Below are positions 11,990-53,300 of a DNA stretch of 62,000 bases, one piece after another. The DNA is from Chiloscyllium plagiosum (taxonomy: Eukaryota), in NCBI RefSeq assembly GCF_004010195.1, contig NW_025215380.1, positions 46,428 through 108,427 on the forward strand, written 5' to 3'. Numbering within the stretch: position 1 is the stretch's first letter; every line of letters starts with the position of its first letter. Below the pieces are notes generated by a model. It was given only the letters and a program-made list of their open reading frames with translations, ran no database searches and was not told the origin of the DNA. The position numbers and the translations under genes were made by a program.

Positions 11990-13232
11990 TAAAATTGTGG
12001 CTGTAAGCACTGCTTTTTGAGGTATCTTGGCTATTGGAGAGGTGATTTCCTCAAATTCCAGGAGCAGTAATTACTGTTTTATATGCTGTTGCATTGTTTT
12101 GGAACTGTGGGGGAGAAAGATCAAAACAGCGTCCTTTAAAAGGGAGGAAGAGAGACAAATGGAGAGAACACAAGGTCAGAAAGAAACCCACGCTGCTGGC
12201 TCTCTCAGCAGTGGGTCTGCACAGCTACTGCCTTTGCTGTTGTGAGTTTAAGTATCTTTGGATATTGGAGTGCGTCTAAAAAAAAAAATGAACAGTGAAT
12301 ATTTCTGCGGCCATCAGCGAAAAATCAGAATGGTGTGTTGCCTCCCTAGTGCCAGGATCAAAGATATTTTGGAGAGTGCGCAGAATATTTTCAAAGAGGA
12401 GAGGGACCAGCAGGAGGACGTTGTACACATTGGAACGAATGACATAGGAAGGCAGAAGGATGAGATTCTGTCTGGTAATATAGAAAGTTAAGAATTTTAA
12501 AAAGGAGCTCCTCGAGTGGTAATATCTGGATAATATCCGGTGTTACGAGCTAGTGAGGGTAGGAATAGAAGAATAGTACTGATAGTGAAGAAGGTGTTTG
12601 GTATGCTTTCCTTTATTGGTCAGAGCATTGAATACAGGGGTTGGGAGGTCATGTTGCGGCTGGACAGGAAATTGGTTAGGCCACTGTTGGAATATTGTAT
12701 GCAATTCTGGTCTCCTTCCTATCGGAAAGCTGTTGTGAAACTTGAAAGGGTTCAGAAAAGATTTACAAGGATGTTGCCAGGGTTGGAAGATTTGAGCTAT
12801 AGGGAGAGGCTGAACAGGCTGGGGTTGTTTTCCCTGGAGCGTCGGAGGCTGAGGGGTGACCTTATAGAGGTTTATAAAATCCTGAGGGGCAGGGGTAGGA
12901 TAAATAGACAAAGTATTTTCCCTGGGGTGGGGGAGTCCAGAACTAGGGGCATAGGTTTAGGGTGAGAGGGGAAAGATATAAAAGGGACCGAAGGGGCAAC
13001 TTTTTCACGCAGAGGGTGGTACGTGTATGGAATGAGCTGCCAGAGGAAGTGGTGGAGGCTGGTACAGTTACAACATTTAAAAGGCATTTGGATGGGTATA
13101 TCAATACGAAGGGTTTGGAGGGATATGGGCCGGGTGTTGGCAGGTGGAACTAGATTGGGTTTGGGATATCTGGTCGGCATGGACAGGTTGGACTGAAGGG
13201 TCTGTTTCCGTGCTGTACATCTCTTTGCCTCT
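11990..13232 (+). mobile_element. Internally deleted CR1: 5' UTR, ORF1 esterase fragment, ORF2 C-terminus and 3' UTR
   Basis: The 5' UTR matches the reverse complement of 54290-54480. RMVCCLPSARIKD...VVHIGTNDIG is an SGNH-esterase-type ORF1. Junction to the ORF2 tail near 12580. Confidence 0.85.
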
Positions 13233-14492
13233 ATGACTCTCAGTGAGCCCCAATATTAAAGCTAAATGCCAGAAATCTGAAGTAAAAAGAGGAAATGCTG
13301 GAGATGTTCAGCAGGCAGCAGAATGGCCCATGGGAAGAGGAGGCTGTGGGGTGGTGGAGGGGAAGGGGGGTTACTGATGGCTGTCCCCTGACTGGTATCC
13401 CGGTGACCTCAGTGTTCTGGGGACACGGTTTCAAAGCCCAGCTCAGCTGCTGCTGGAGTTTAAACCCCATCAATAAATGATCTGGAATGAAAAGCAGTGA
13501 GCGATAACTGTAAACCGAAAATAATCCACTGCTGTAAAAGGGCATCTGCTTCAGTCAAACTCTTCTGGGGAGGAAATCTGCCCTCCTTACCTGGTCTGGA
13601 CTACATGTGACTCCAGACCCCACAGCCACTCTCTTCGCTGCCCTCTGGGATGGTCAGGGAAGCTACTGAGTTTTTGGGAAGTTTAGAACAGGCAACAAAC
13701 ACTGGACTTGTCAGTGATGCTCACGCGGGAAGCTGGAACTAGGATTTGGGAAGAAAAGGCACAGACATGGGGTGTTTGGGGTAAAATAGATTCTAAAAAG
13801 GGGACAAAGACAGGGAGGCTGTAAGTGGCTGACGAGAGTTGGGGGAGGGGGTGGGGCGTGTCGGGAAAACAAGGCGGCTTTAAAATCATGGAATAGCAAA
13901 ACCACTGGTCAGACATATCATCAGCTAACCAGGAGCCGGAGAAACAAAACCACGACATCCGGTGGATTATCTCCAACTTCGAGCTGCATTTCAGGACAAA
14001 TGCAGCAGGTTGCATCACTTGTCCCATTTCCAATCCACAACTGAGCTGAAGGTCACAGTGTAAGGGCAGTAATATTCCAGCTTTGAGCTTTGTGTGATGG
14101 ACCCTCCTTAGCTGTCCCCTCACCAGTGTGCGGACAGAGTACTCAGGCGGATGGCTTTTTCCATGTGGAAGTGTGTGCCGGATATCCTGAAAAAGACTTT
14201 TGTTGTTAACCTATTCCTGTTTCCTTGTGTTAATGCAGAGGTGTCTAGGTTTATTATAGCCTTCCCTCTGTGTTGTGGTTTTCACCTTGTGGAATGCCGA
14301 GATCTCAAGTCGGAATTAGAGTCAAAGAGTGATCCAAAAGATACCCTCTGCATGGATATACAGACATAAACCAGGCTTACCCTACATTTCCCACAACCTA
14401 GTCCACTGCATTCGCTGCTCACAATCTGGTCTCCTCTACACTGGGCGAAACAAAGCACTGACTGGGTGACCACTTTGCAGAACACTTTCCCG

Positions 14493-14757
14493 CCTCAGGC
14501 AACTGTCCATGTGGAGTTTGCACATTCTCCCTGTGTCTGCGTGGGTTTCCTCTGGGTGCTCCGGTTTCCTCCCACAGTCCAAAACAAAACGTGCAGTTGA
14601 GGTGAATTGGCCTTGCTAAATTGTCCGTAGTGTTAGGTGAAAGGGTAAATGTAGGGGAATGGGTCTGGGTGGGTTGCTCTTCGGCGGGGCGGTGTGGACT
14701 TGTTGGGCCGAAGGGCCTGTTTCCACACTGTAGGGAATCTAATCTAATCTAATCTAA
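14493..14757 (+). mobile_element. HE1-like V-SINE, 5'-truncated
   Basis: V-domain gtggagtttgcacattctccctgtgtctgcgtgggtttcc, CR1-like 3' tail, and an (AATCT)n end. Confidence 0.85.
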
Positions 14758-14795
14758 AAAAATCCTACATTCCGCCCACAAAAACATCGGGAGGC

Positions 14796-14835
14796 TCACT
14801 GAAGATGTTACCTAGTATGGTGACGAAACGTCTGG
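14796..14835 (+). ncRNA. Minimal type I hammerhead ribozyme motif (PLE-associated), intact core
   Basis: tca CTGAAGA t GTTACC tagtat GGTGAC GAAA C GTC tgg: core boxes, 6-bp stem II, palindromic ACGT stem III and a GUC cleavage triplet. Confidence 0.7.
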
Positions 14836-15391
14836 AAGTGAACCTTCCAGCTCAGCAAGCAAACCTACATCCAGAACTTCAACCTGAGTTACAAATCTTC
14901 TCCAAACTCTCTGAGCTCTGCCATGTCCTAACCCCAATTCCTGCACACGAGGATTTGTTACCACACAGACTGCTATTACACACAACCCATTAACAGCCAC
15001 TAACAGTCCCCAATTATAGCTATTCACCCTCTGAAACTATCCACTCCCTTGTCTGCCCAACCGTTTCTCTCTCTCTTTAGGCTCTATCCCCATCTATCGT
15101 TTATTCCTTTCCCGCTCCCTCCATGCTTAAAACCATTGCCATGGCAACCATCCGTTCTGAGGAAGGGTCAGTGGACCCAAAACGTTAACTCTGATTTCTG
15201 TCCCCAGACGCTGCTAAGCTTTTCCAGCAATCTCTGTTTCCGTTCCTGATCGGCAGTATCAGCCGTTCTCTCGGTTTTTATCTGGAGATAAAACCTGCGA
15301 GTGTGTTCCACCCAGATTGAGGGAAGGCGTATTTTGCTGTGCTTCTAACCTGTCAGAACCAGCCTGGTGCAGCGCCCAGCGCAGTGCCTAC

Positions 15392-44373
<28,982 letters not shown>

Positions 44374-45405
44374 GCCGGGGTCAGACTGCAGAGGCAAACA
44401 ATCAGTAGGAGGGAGGGATTAATAGTTGCAGAGCCCGCGCGCGACCGTCCGCACTCATTTGCAGCTCAGAAAGGAGCCGTGCCCAACAACGCTCTGCACG
44501 CACTCAACCCATTTCCCAGCTTTCAGCCCGGAGCTCTGGAGATGACCCTTAAATGATAATGGGGGGAAAGAGAGACGGCTGGAAAAGGTGACTGAGGTGG
44601 ATGATCAGCTGTGGTCATAGTGAATGGGGGAATAGGGCTGGAAGGACTGAATGGCCTACACCTGCCTCTATTTTCTATTTGGCGAAGGCAACGCAAGTCG
44701 AATACCGAAATGCTGCACAAACAGGACACAGGTTTCTGACTTGAGCACGCTTTCAGGCATCAAGTTCCAGATTCCCACCACCCTCTGGGTGAAAGGTATT
44801 CCAAACTCCTCTCTTAGCCTCCCACCTCTTATATGTCATATGTCCCCTGGTTACTTATCCCCCCCTACTCATGAAACATGTGCTCTCCCCATCCACCCTC
44901 TCCCTCTGTGCCTCTCCTAATCTTCTAATTCTGTATCGGGTCCTGCGACCCCCCCCCCGCCAACCTCACTGCTCGGTAAAGCAAACCCAGCTTATCCAAT
45001 CCCAGTTCGGAGCAAGGGTCCCGCTCCTGAAGCTCTGATCTCTCTCTCTCTCTCTCCACAGATGCTGCCAGGCCTGCTGAGCTTTTGCAGCAACTTCAGT
45101 TTTTGTTACAGCATCCACAGGTCTTTTGGATTTTATGAGGTAACATTAGAGCTTTGGGAATGTGATAAGGCACCCCAAGGTGTTTCATATCAACGAGACT
45201 AAAGAGAAACCATGTCCAAAGCAACATCGGGGGCCAGGTGCATGTAGTTGTATTTTTAAGGAGCAGAGGTCCTAAGGGGAGGGAATTCCTAAGGGGAGGG
45301 AATTCCAGCGAAGAAGTCTCCGGTTCAATCCAGCGATCGGCACAGTATATGTAAACTGGCTCCAGAGGTTTTAGTTGGTTTGATTTCATGCAGAATTGTC
45401 TCATG

Positions 45406-46047
45406 TGTCACAAAGCTAGTCCTTTTTTTCTAAAAGCTGTTCCTTGGCTCAAGGAGACTCTGTTCTTGTTTTTTTTTCAGATGGGTAATAAACCAGGCCG
45501 GGCTCCAATTAGACTGGTTTGGTACAGAGATGGAAAGGATTTTGAGAGGCCTTTTGTTTCTATGTAAACAGATGAGACCTCAGGCCAAAGTGGTCATGTC
45601 TTAGAAGTGACCTGTATAATGAAAGGGGAGTGGTCAGCTCTCTAACTGAGCGGAGCAGTTTTAGTTCAGTTCAGAACTGGTTGGGAATTCAACAGTAAGC
45701 TGTGTGGAAACTCTCTCTTCTATCCCTTCTAACTTCAACCTGTAAGCATCAACCTTTTTGTACTGCATTTTAAAGGAGGCTTGCTTATTGGGACTATTGT
45801 GTATATTTGGAACAGCAGACTTAAGTCTCGCTTGGGTAGACTAAGTTCTGTAAGGATTCTTTATTCTGTTCTTTGTGTTTCACTGTGTAACTTCATGTCA
45901 TTTTTTTGTCTGTTTTAAACCTGGTAGTCAACCTCGTTAACTTAATCAAGATAATTTTCACTGTACACTTATGAAAACAAATTGCAAAGTTATGCTCTGG
46001 GCTGCCTGCTTAACAATTTTTTGAGTGGTTTGACCTAGTCCATAACA
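45406..46047. mobile_element. Solo LTR (642 bp) with CATG target-site duplication
   Basis: Begins TGT, ends ACA. CATG at 45402-45405 and 46048-46051. Removing it restores the Rex1-like 3' end seen intact at about 56845-56875. Confidence 0.8.
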
Positions 46048-47314
46048 CATGTACCTAGGTAAAGTGAAAAATTTTGCTTTGAGTGCAGATGTTACCCGAG
46101 AAAGTGCATTAGGGTAATAGAACTGAGCGAAAAATACAAAGTTACGGCTACAGAGAAGGCAGACAGAAAGCAAGATCAACAATAGATTTGAAAATAGAGA
46201 GGTCCATTCAGAAATCTAATAACAGCAGGGAAGAAGCTGTTCTTGAACCTGTTGGTAAGTGGGTTTGTGTTAACATCCTTGAACGGGTAGATTAGAAAAT
46301 ACAAATAAAACTCGCCCCCAATAGCTTTTCTGAAAATTTTGAACACCCAACGTAACAAAAGTGCAATAAGTTTGAACTTTTCCATAATGTCCAGTTCCAA
46401 GAACATGCCTTGAAATGCCCGAAATGGGGCAAATATTGTACATATCAACCAGCACGGAAATTGTATTGGGGCTCCTCAGAGTAACAACATTCTGCAAGGG
46501 AAAAAGTTGAATTCTATCGCGCTTTTTGTAATGCTCAATGTGAAATATTGTGCAAGATATCGTTATACAAATTTTACAAACCAAGTGTACCTTCTGGGGG
46601 GGGGGGGGTGGGGAGAAAAAAAACAAAGAGAACAGCAGCACCTTCTGCAAGCATTACCAACCTGGGAAAAAAACAGGCAGAAAAATCACATGAGGGAAGA
46701 GTGCGATAAAACTCGAGAAAAGGTGTCCACACAGAGACAGCCAGAGATCAGAAACAGAGAGGAAAAATAGTGGCAGTGGTGATATAACATAGAACAGTAC
46801 AGCACAGGAACAGGCCCTTCGGACCATGATGCTGTGCCAAACATGACGCCAAATTAACCTAACCCCCACTGCCTGCCCTTGGTCCATTTCCCTCCATTCC
46901 TTGCATCTAAAAGCCCTCTAAATGCCCGTCGTATCTGCCTCCGCCACCACCCCTGGAAGCATGTTGCAGACTCCTACCCCTCTCTATGTTAAAAACCTTG
47001 CCTCTCACATCGCCTTTGAACCTACCCCCTCTCACCCCTTAGTCTCAGTAACAAGAGACCTTGCTAATCTGACCATGTCTGGGAGAGAAGGAATGAGAGA
47101 AAGAGAGAGAAATGGTGGTTTGGCAGTAATTTCACTGGATTGGGAATCCAAATGCACTGGCAACAAGGGTTCACATCCACCTCCTCAATTTAAGTAAAAT
47201 AACAAAAATCTTTATAAAAATACAAGAGGGGAATGGGGGAAGAAATCTTGTGGCAGAGCTGCAGCTTGAGCCCAGAAAGACTGGCTTCAAGTCCCACCAT
47301 GTGAGCAGTTGTTT

Positions 47315-47690
47315 AGAGTCAGGGTCATACAGCACAGAAACAGACCCTTCGGTCCAACCCGTCCTTGCCGACCAGATATCCCAAACCCAATCTAGTCCCA
47401 CCTGCCAGCACCCGGCCCATATCCCTCCAAACCCTTCCTATCCATATACCCATCCAAATGGCTTTTAAATGTTGCAATTGTACCAGCCTCCACCACATCC
47501 TCTGGCAGCTCATTCCATACACGTACCATTCTCTGTGTGAAAAACTTGCCCCTTAGGTCTCTTTTATATCTTTCCCCTCTCACCCTAAACCTCTGGACTC
47601 CCCCACCCCAGGGAAAAGACTTTGCCTATTTACCCTATCCATGCCCCTCATAATTTTGTAAACCTCTATAAGGTCACCCCTCAGCTAGAG
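47315..47690 (-). mobile_element. CR1 (HER1-like) 3' fragment
   Basis: RGERYKRDLRGKFFTQRMVRVWNELP plus 3' UTR. Confidence 0.9.
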
Positions 47691-48099
47691 AGAAGCAAAT
47701 GACTGCAGAAACTGGAATCTGTACTGAAAACAAAAACAAAATGACACTCACAATATAGATAGTATTGTCATATGGTGGGGAGAAAATCTGTGCCCAGCAA
47801 TGGGACTGACTCTCCCACAAGGCACCCAGCTCAAGGGATAATTAGGGACAATTAAAAAAAGGCGGGGGAGGCCTCCAGGTACAAGTGAAGGAAGCACACC
47901 CCCAGTTTGATTAAAGTACTTCAGCAAGTGCTGCAAAGTTACAGCCGGTTGCATCAGCTTCCAGGCTCCAGAAAAGAAGGGAATGAAGAGACAGGAGAGA
48001 CATTCCCCTCCTCAGGGTCAGGACAGCAAGGTGCATTGAGGAAAATGAAAGCAGCGAATTGCAATAAGTAAAATAAAAAGCTGCAAGGTGCATTAGTGA

Positions 48100-49870
48100 A
48101 AACGAAAGCCCCCCTCAGCAGCCAGCGTCCCTGATACTGAGCGGGAGAGGCTCAGCTCAGAGCCCGGGTCTGGCTGCTACAAGGGCGGCGGTGTAATAAC
48201 CCGAGGTCGGGGAGATCGGGCCGGCCCAGCCCCCAGCCCCGTGGGCAGCCCCTATTCTCCCGGGGGGGCGGGATCACTGTACTCCCCGTCCTTCCCCATC
48301 TCACCTTCCGCAATCAATCCATCTCCTCTATCTCCCCCCCCCCCCCCAAAACNNNNNNNNNNNNNNNNNNNNNNNNNNNNNNNNNNNNNNNNNNNNNNNN
48401 NNNNNNNNNNNNNNNNNNNNNNNNNNNNNNNNNNNNNNNNNNNNNNNNNNNNNNNNNNNNNNNNNNNNNNNNNNNNNNNNNNNNNNNNNNNNNNNNNNNN
48501 NNNNNNNNNNNNNNNNNNNNNNNNNNNNNNNNNNNNNNNNNNNNNNNNNNNNNNNNNNNNNNNNNNNNNNNNNNNNNNNNNNNNNNNNNNNNNNNNNNNN
48601 NNNNNNNNNNNNNNNNNNNNNNNNNNNNNNNNNNNNNNNNNNNNNNNNNNNNNNNNNNNNNNNNNNNNNNNNNNNNNNNNNNNNNNNNNNNNNNNNNNNN
48701 NNNNNNNNNNNNNNNNNNNNNNNNNNNNNNNNNNNNNNNNNNNNNNNNNNNNNNNNNNNNNNNNNNNNNNNNNNNNNNNNNNNNNNNNNNNNNNNNNNNN
48801 NNNNNNNNNNNNNNNNNNNNNNNNNNNNNNNNNNNNNNNNNNNNNNNNNNNNNNNNNNNNNNNNNNNNNNNNNNNNNNNNNNNNNNNNNNNNNNNNNNNN
48901 NNNNNNNNNNNNNNNNNNNNNNNNNNNNNNNNNNNNNNNNNNNNNNNNNNNNNNNNNNNNNNNNNNNNNNNNNNNNNNNNNNNNNNNNNNNNNNNNNNNN
49001 NNNNNNNNNNNNNNNNNNNNNNNNNNNNNNNNNNNNNNNNNNNNCATTCTGAACTCCACACTCAGACCCCTCACCAATAATCTCATTATAAATGACACAC
49101 ATGGCTTTTTTTCCCTCTTGTTCCGTCCGCTGGCGCCACTGATCTGAGTAAAGATCAGAACTCTCTCCGCCCCTGACTCCCCCCAATGCCCCTCCTTCTC
49201 CCTGCCCCCTGAGGAGAGGGGGGGTAAAGTTACAAACCTTCTTGTCCTGACAGTGCTCCTCGGGGTTAAAGCAGATTTCCCTCAGCCCAGGCCGGCGTGG
49301 AAACAGAAAGAGAAAGAGGGAGGGAGCTTCCTCTCCTCCCACATCCGCATTGGGGAGTCCCTCTGCTGGTAACAGCAGAGAGAGAAAAAAAAAACCCAGC
49401 TCCAAATAATCTGAAATTAAACAAAATAAACTACACAAAGAGGAGCAAACCGCCTCAGTAACACCCTGGAGTCACCTCTCCCATGGCCAGCTCCTACTTC
49501 CACATACCACCCTCTTAAATCTGTTCCCCCATTTTTGGATTAATCTTCCCAAAATAGGAAATGTGCCAGCAGCAGCGACTTACATTTGTATAGCACCTTC
49601 AGTGGCCATGCAGCCCTTCTCCCATTTCCATCCCCCCCCTTGTCCAAACGCAGCAAGCGAAGCCCCGAGGGAGGGTCACTGGAACCGGAACGTAGCCATC
49701 TCGTCGCTTTCTCCCTCTGAGGATGCTCCCGGACTGGCTGAGGTGTCTCCTGCCTGTTGGTTTTTGTTGTTATTTCCATCGCGGGGCTAGGTTCGGCTGG
49801 GCGGCCCAGTCATGGGTGAGGTGACCACAGAGGAGTCCCCTTCTCACCCCCTCCCTGATCCCGAGGCGTG
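48100..49870. promoter_or_regulatory. CpG-rich putative promoter / first-exon region of VARS1, possibly bidirectional
   Basis: GC- and CpG-dense unique sequence on both sides of a gap, about 4-5 kb upstream of the first coding exon. It has GGGCGG and CCGGAA motifs, candidate minus-strand donors after 49476, 49238 and 48305, and a plus-strand ATGG|GTGAGG at 49812-49821. Confidence 0.5.
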
Positions 49871-50354
49871 GCGGCCCACAGGAGATATGAGCAGGAGTAC
49901 ACCACTTGGCCCCTCGAGTCTACACCACCTTTCAATATGATTGTGACTGTTCACCATGTCCAGTTTCTCAATCCACCACCCTCTCCCCATATCCCTTCAC
50001 CTCCCTCCCTCCCTCCCTCCCTCTCTGCATATCCCTCAATCCCTTCAGCCACAAGAACTATACCTGCCTCCATCTTAAACAATGTTTTGGCCTTAGCCAC
50101 TTTCGAAGGAAGCAAGTTCCTGAGACTGCCCACTCTCTGGGTGAAAACATTTCTCCTCCTTGCCTGTTCTCCTGACACTCGGGCTAAACTTGCCACCGGT
50201 CAAAGAATCATAGAATCTTAGAGCACAGAAACATACCCTTTGGTCCAACCCGTGGCAACGCAACTCAATAGAGTGGTCAAGAAGGCATACGGCATGCTTT
50301 CCTTCACTGGATGGGGTATTGAATACAAGAATTGGTAGGCCATGTTACAGTTAT

Positions 50355-53300
50355 AGAGTCATAGAGATGTACAGCACGGAAACAGACCATTTGGTCCAAC
50401 CCGTCCGTGCCGGCCAGATATCCCAACCCAACTCACCTGCCAGCACCCGGCCCATATCCCTCCAAACCCTTCCTATTCAAATACCCATCCAAATGCCCCT
50501 TAAATGTTGCAATTGGACCAGCCTTTGCCACTTCTCTGGCAGCTCATTCCATATATGCATCACCCCCTGTGTGAAAATGTTGTCCCTTAGATCTCTTTTA
50601 TATCTTTCCCCTCTCACCCTAAACCTATACCCTCTAGTTCTGCACTCCCCAACCCCAGGGAAAGGACTTCACCAATTTACCCTATCCATGACCCTCATAA
50701 TTTTGTAAACCTATATAAGGTCACCCCTCAGTCTCCGACGCTCCAGGGAAAACAGCCCCAGCCTGTTCAGCCTCTCCCTGTAGCTCAAATCCTCCACCCT
50801 GGCAACATCCTTGTAAATCTTTTCTGAACCCTTTCAAGTTTCACAACATCTTTCCAATAGGAAGGAGACCAGAATTGCATGCAATATTCCAACAGTAGCC
50901 TAACCAATGTCCTGTACAGCTGCAAAATGACCACCCAACTCCTGTACTCATTACTCTGACCAATAAAGGAAAGCATTCCAAACGCTTTCTTCACTATCCT
51001 AAAAGCAGCAAGGAGGGGACATGAAAGGTCCTTAGTAGATAGGATTAGGGAAAACCCTAAGGCTTTCTATAGGTATGTTAGGAATAAAAGAATGACTAGG
51101 GTAGGAATAGGTCCAGTCAAGGATAGTAGGGGGAAGTTGCGTGTGGAGGCGGAAGAGATTGGGGAGACACTGAATGAATACTTTTCTTCAGTATTCACTC
51201 AGGAACAGGGCATTGTTGTCGATGAGAATACTGAGGCTGTGAGACATGATTTCCCATGCACAAAGCCATGTTGACTATCCCTAATCAGTCCTTGCCTTTC
51301 CAAACACATGTACATCCTATCCCTCAGGATTCCCTCCAACAACTTGCCCACCACCAATGTCAGGCTCACTGGTCTATAGTTCTCTGGCATGTCCTTACCA
51401 CCCTTCGTAAACAGTGGCACAACGTTAGCCAACCTCCAGTCTTCCAGTACTTCACCTGTGACTATCGATGATACAAATATCTTAGCAAGAAGCCCAGCAA
51501 TCACTTCTCTAGCTTCCCACAGAGTTCTCAGGTTCACCTGATCAGGTCCTGGGGACATAACCACCTTTATGCATTTCAAAACATCCAGCACTTCCTCCAC
51601 CATCTATTTTACTACAGTCTATATCTTCCATATCCTGTACCACAGTAAATACTGATGCAAAATACTCATCTCCTGCGGCTCCACACAAAGGCCACCTTGC
51701 TGATCTTTGAGGGGTCCTATTCTCTCCCTAGTTACCCTTTTGTCCTTAATGTATTTGTAAAAACCCTTTGGATTCTCCTTAATTCTATTTGCCAAAGCTA
51801 TCTCATGTTCCCTTTTTGCCCTCCTGATTTCCCTCTTAAGGATATTCCTACTTCCTTTATATACTTCTAAGGATTCACTCGATCTATTCTGTCTATACTT
51901 ATATATATGCTTCCTTCTTTTTCTTAACCAAACCCTCAATTTCTTTAGTCATCCAGCATTCCCCACACCTATCAGCCTTTCCTTTCACCCTGACAGGAAT
52001 ATACTGTCTCTGGATTCTCGTTATCCCATTTCTGAAGGCTTCCCATTTTCCAGCCGTCCCTTTACCTGCGAACATCTACCCCCAATCAGCTTTCGAAAGT
52101 TCTTGCCTAATACCGTCAAAACTGGCCTTTCTCCAATTTAGAACTTCAACTTTTAGATCTGGCCTATCCTTTTCCATCACTATTTTAAATCTAATAGAAT
52201 TATGGTCGCTGGCCCCAAAGTGCTCCCCCACTGACACCTCAGTCACCTGCCCTGCCTTATTTCCCAAGAGTAGGTCAAGTTTTGTACCTTCTCTAGTACA
52301 AACTGAATCAGAAAATTGGCTTGTACACAATTAACAAATTCTTCTCCATCTAAACCTTTAACACTATGGCAGTCCCAGTCTATATTTGGAAAGTTAACAT
52401 CCCGTACCATAACCACCCTCTTCAAAAAACTCAATCAAGTTTGTGAGACATGATTTCCCATGCACAAAGCCATGTTGACTATCCCTAATCAGTCCTTGCC
52501 TTTCCAAACACATGTACATCCTGTCCCTAAGGATTCCCTCCAACAACTTGCCCACCACTGACGTCAGGCTCACCGGTCTGTAGTTCCCTGGCTTGTCCTT
52601 ACCACCTTTCTTAAACAGTGGCACCATGTTAGCCAACCTCCAGTCTTCCGGCACCTCACCTGTGACTATCGATGATACAAATATCTCAGCAAGAGGCCCA
52701 GCAATCACTTCTCTAGCTTCCCACAGAGTTCTAGGGTACACCTGAGCAGGCCTGGGGATTTATCCACCTTTATGCATTTCAAGACATCCAGCACTCCCTC
52801 CTCTGTAATATGGACATTTTGCAAGATGTCACCATCTATTTCCCTACATTCTATATCATCCATGTCCTTTTCCACAGTAAATACTGATGCAAAATACTCG
52901 TTTAGTATCTCCTCCATTTTCTGCAGCTCCACATAAAGACTGTCTTGCTGACTTTTGAGGGGCCCTATTCTCTCCCTAGTTACCTTTTTGGCCTTAATGT
53001 ATTTGTAAAAATCCTTTGGATTATCCTTAACTCTATTTGCCAAAGCTATCTCAAGTCCCCTTTATGCTCTCCTGATTTCCCTCTTAAGTATACTCCTACT
53101 GCCTTATACTCTTCTAAGGATTCACTCGATCTATCCTGTCTATACCTTACATGTGCTTCCTTCTTTTTCTTAACCAAACCCTCAACTTCTTTAGTCATCC
53201 AGCATTCCCTATATCCTATACCAGCCTTTCCTTTCACCCTAACAGGAATATACTTTCCCTGGATTCTCGTTGTCTCATTTCTGCAGGCTTCCCATTATCC

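Larger units (their letters stand above)
14370..15255 (+). mobile_element. Penelope-like remnant (GIY-YIG) interrupted by a V-SINE and a second PLE terminus
   Basis: SHNLVHCIRCSQSGLLYTG/ETKH*LGDHFAEH at about 14388-14485. Tail with hammerhead motif at 15154-15189. Nested terminus about 14790-14910. Confidence 0.75.

Noticed and set aside
11200..11990. AT-rich block contrasting with the GC-rich surroundings
   Set aside because: No ORF or terminal structure. Probably ordinary intronic/intergenic or decayed repeat sequence.
14120..14187. Acceptor-like tttttcag as the next VARS1 exon
   Set aside because: In the required phase it reads ISGTHFHMEKAIRLSTLSAHW*, unrelated to the expected DWCISRQLWWGH.
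48241..49438. Long ORFs containing X runs (also near 9000-9700, 30060-31140, 35380-36180, 57170-58060)
   Set aside because: Artefacts of reading through N gaps.
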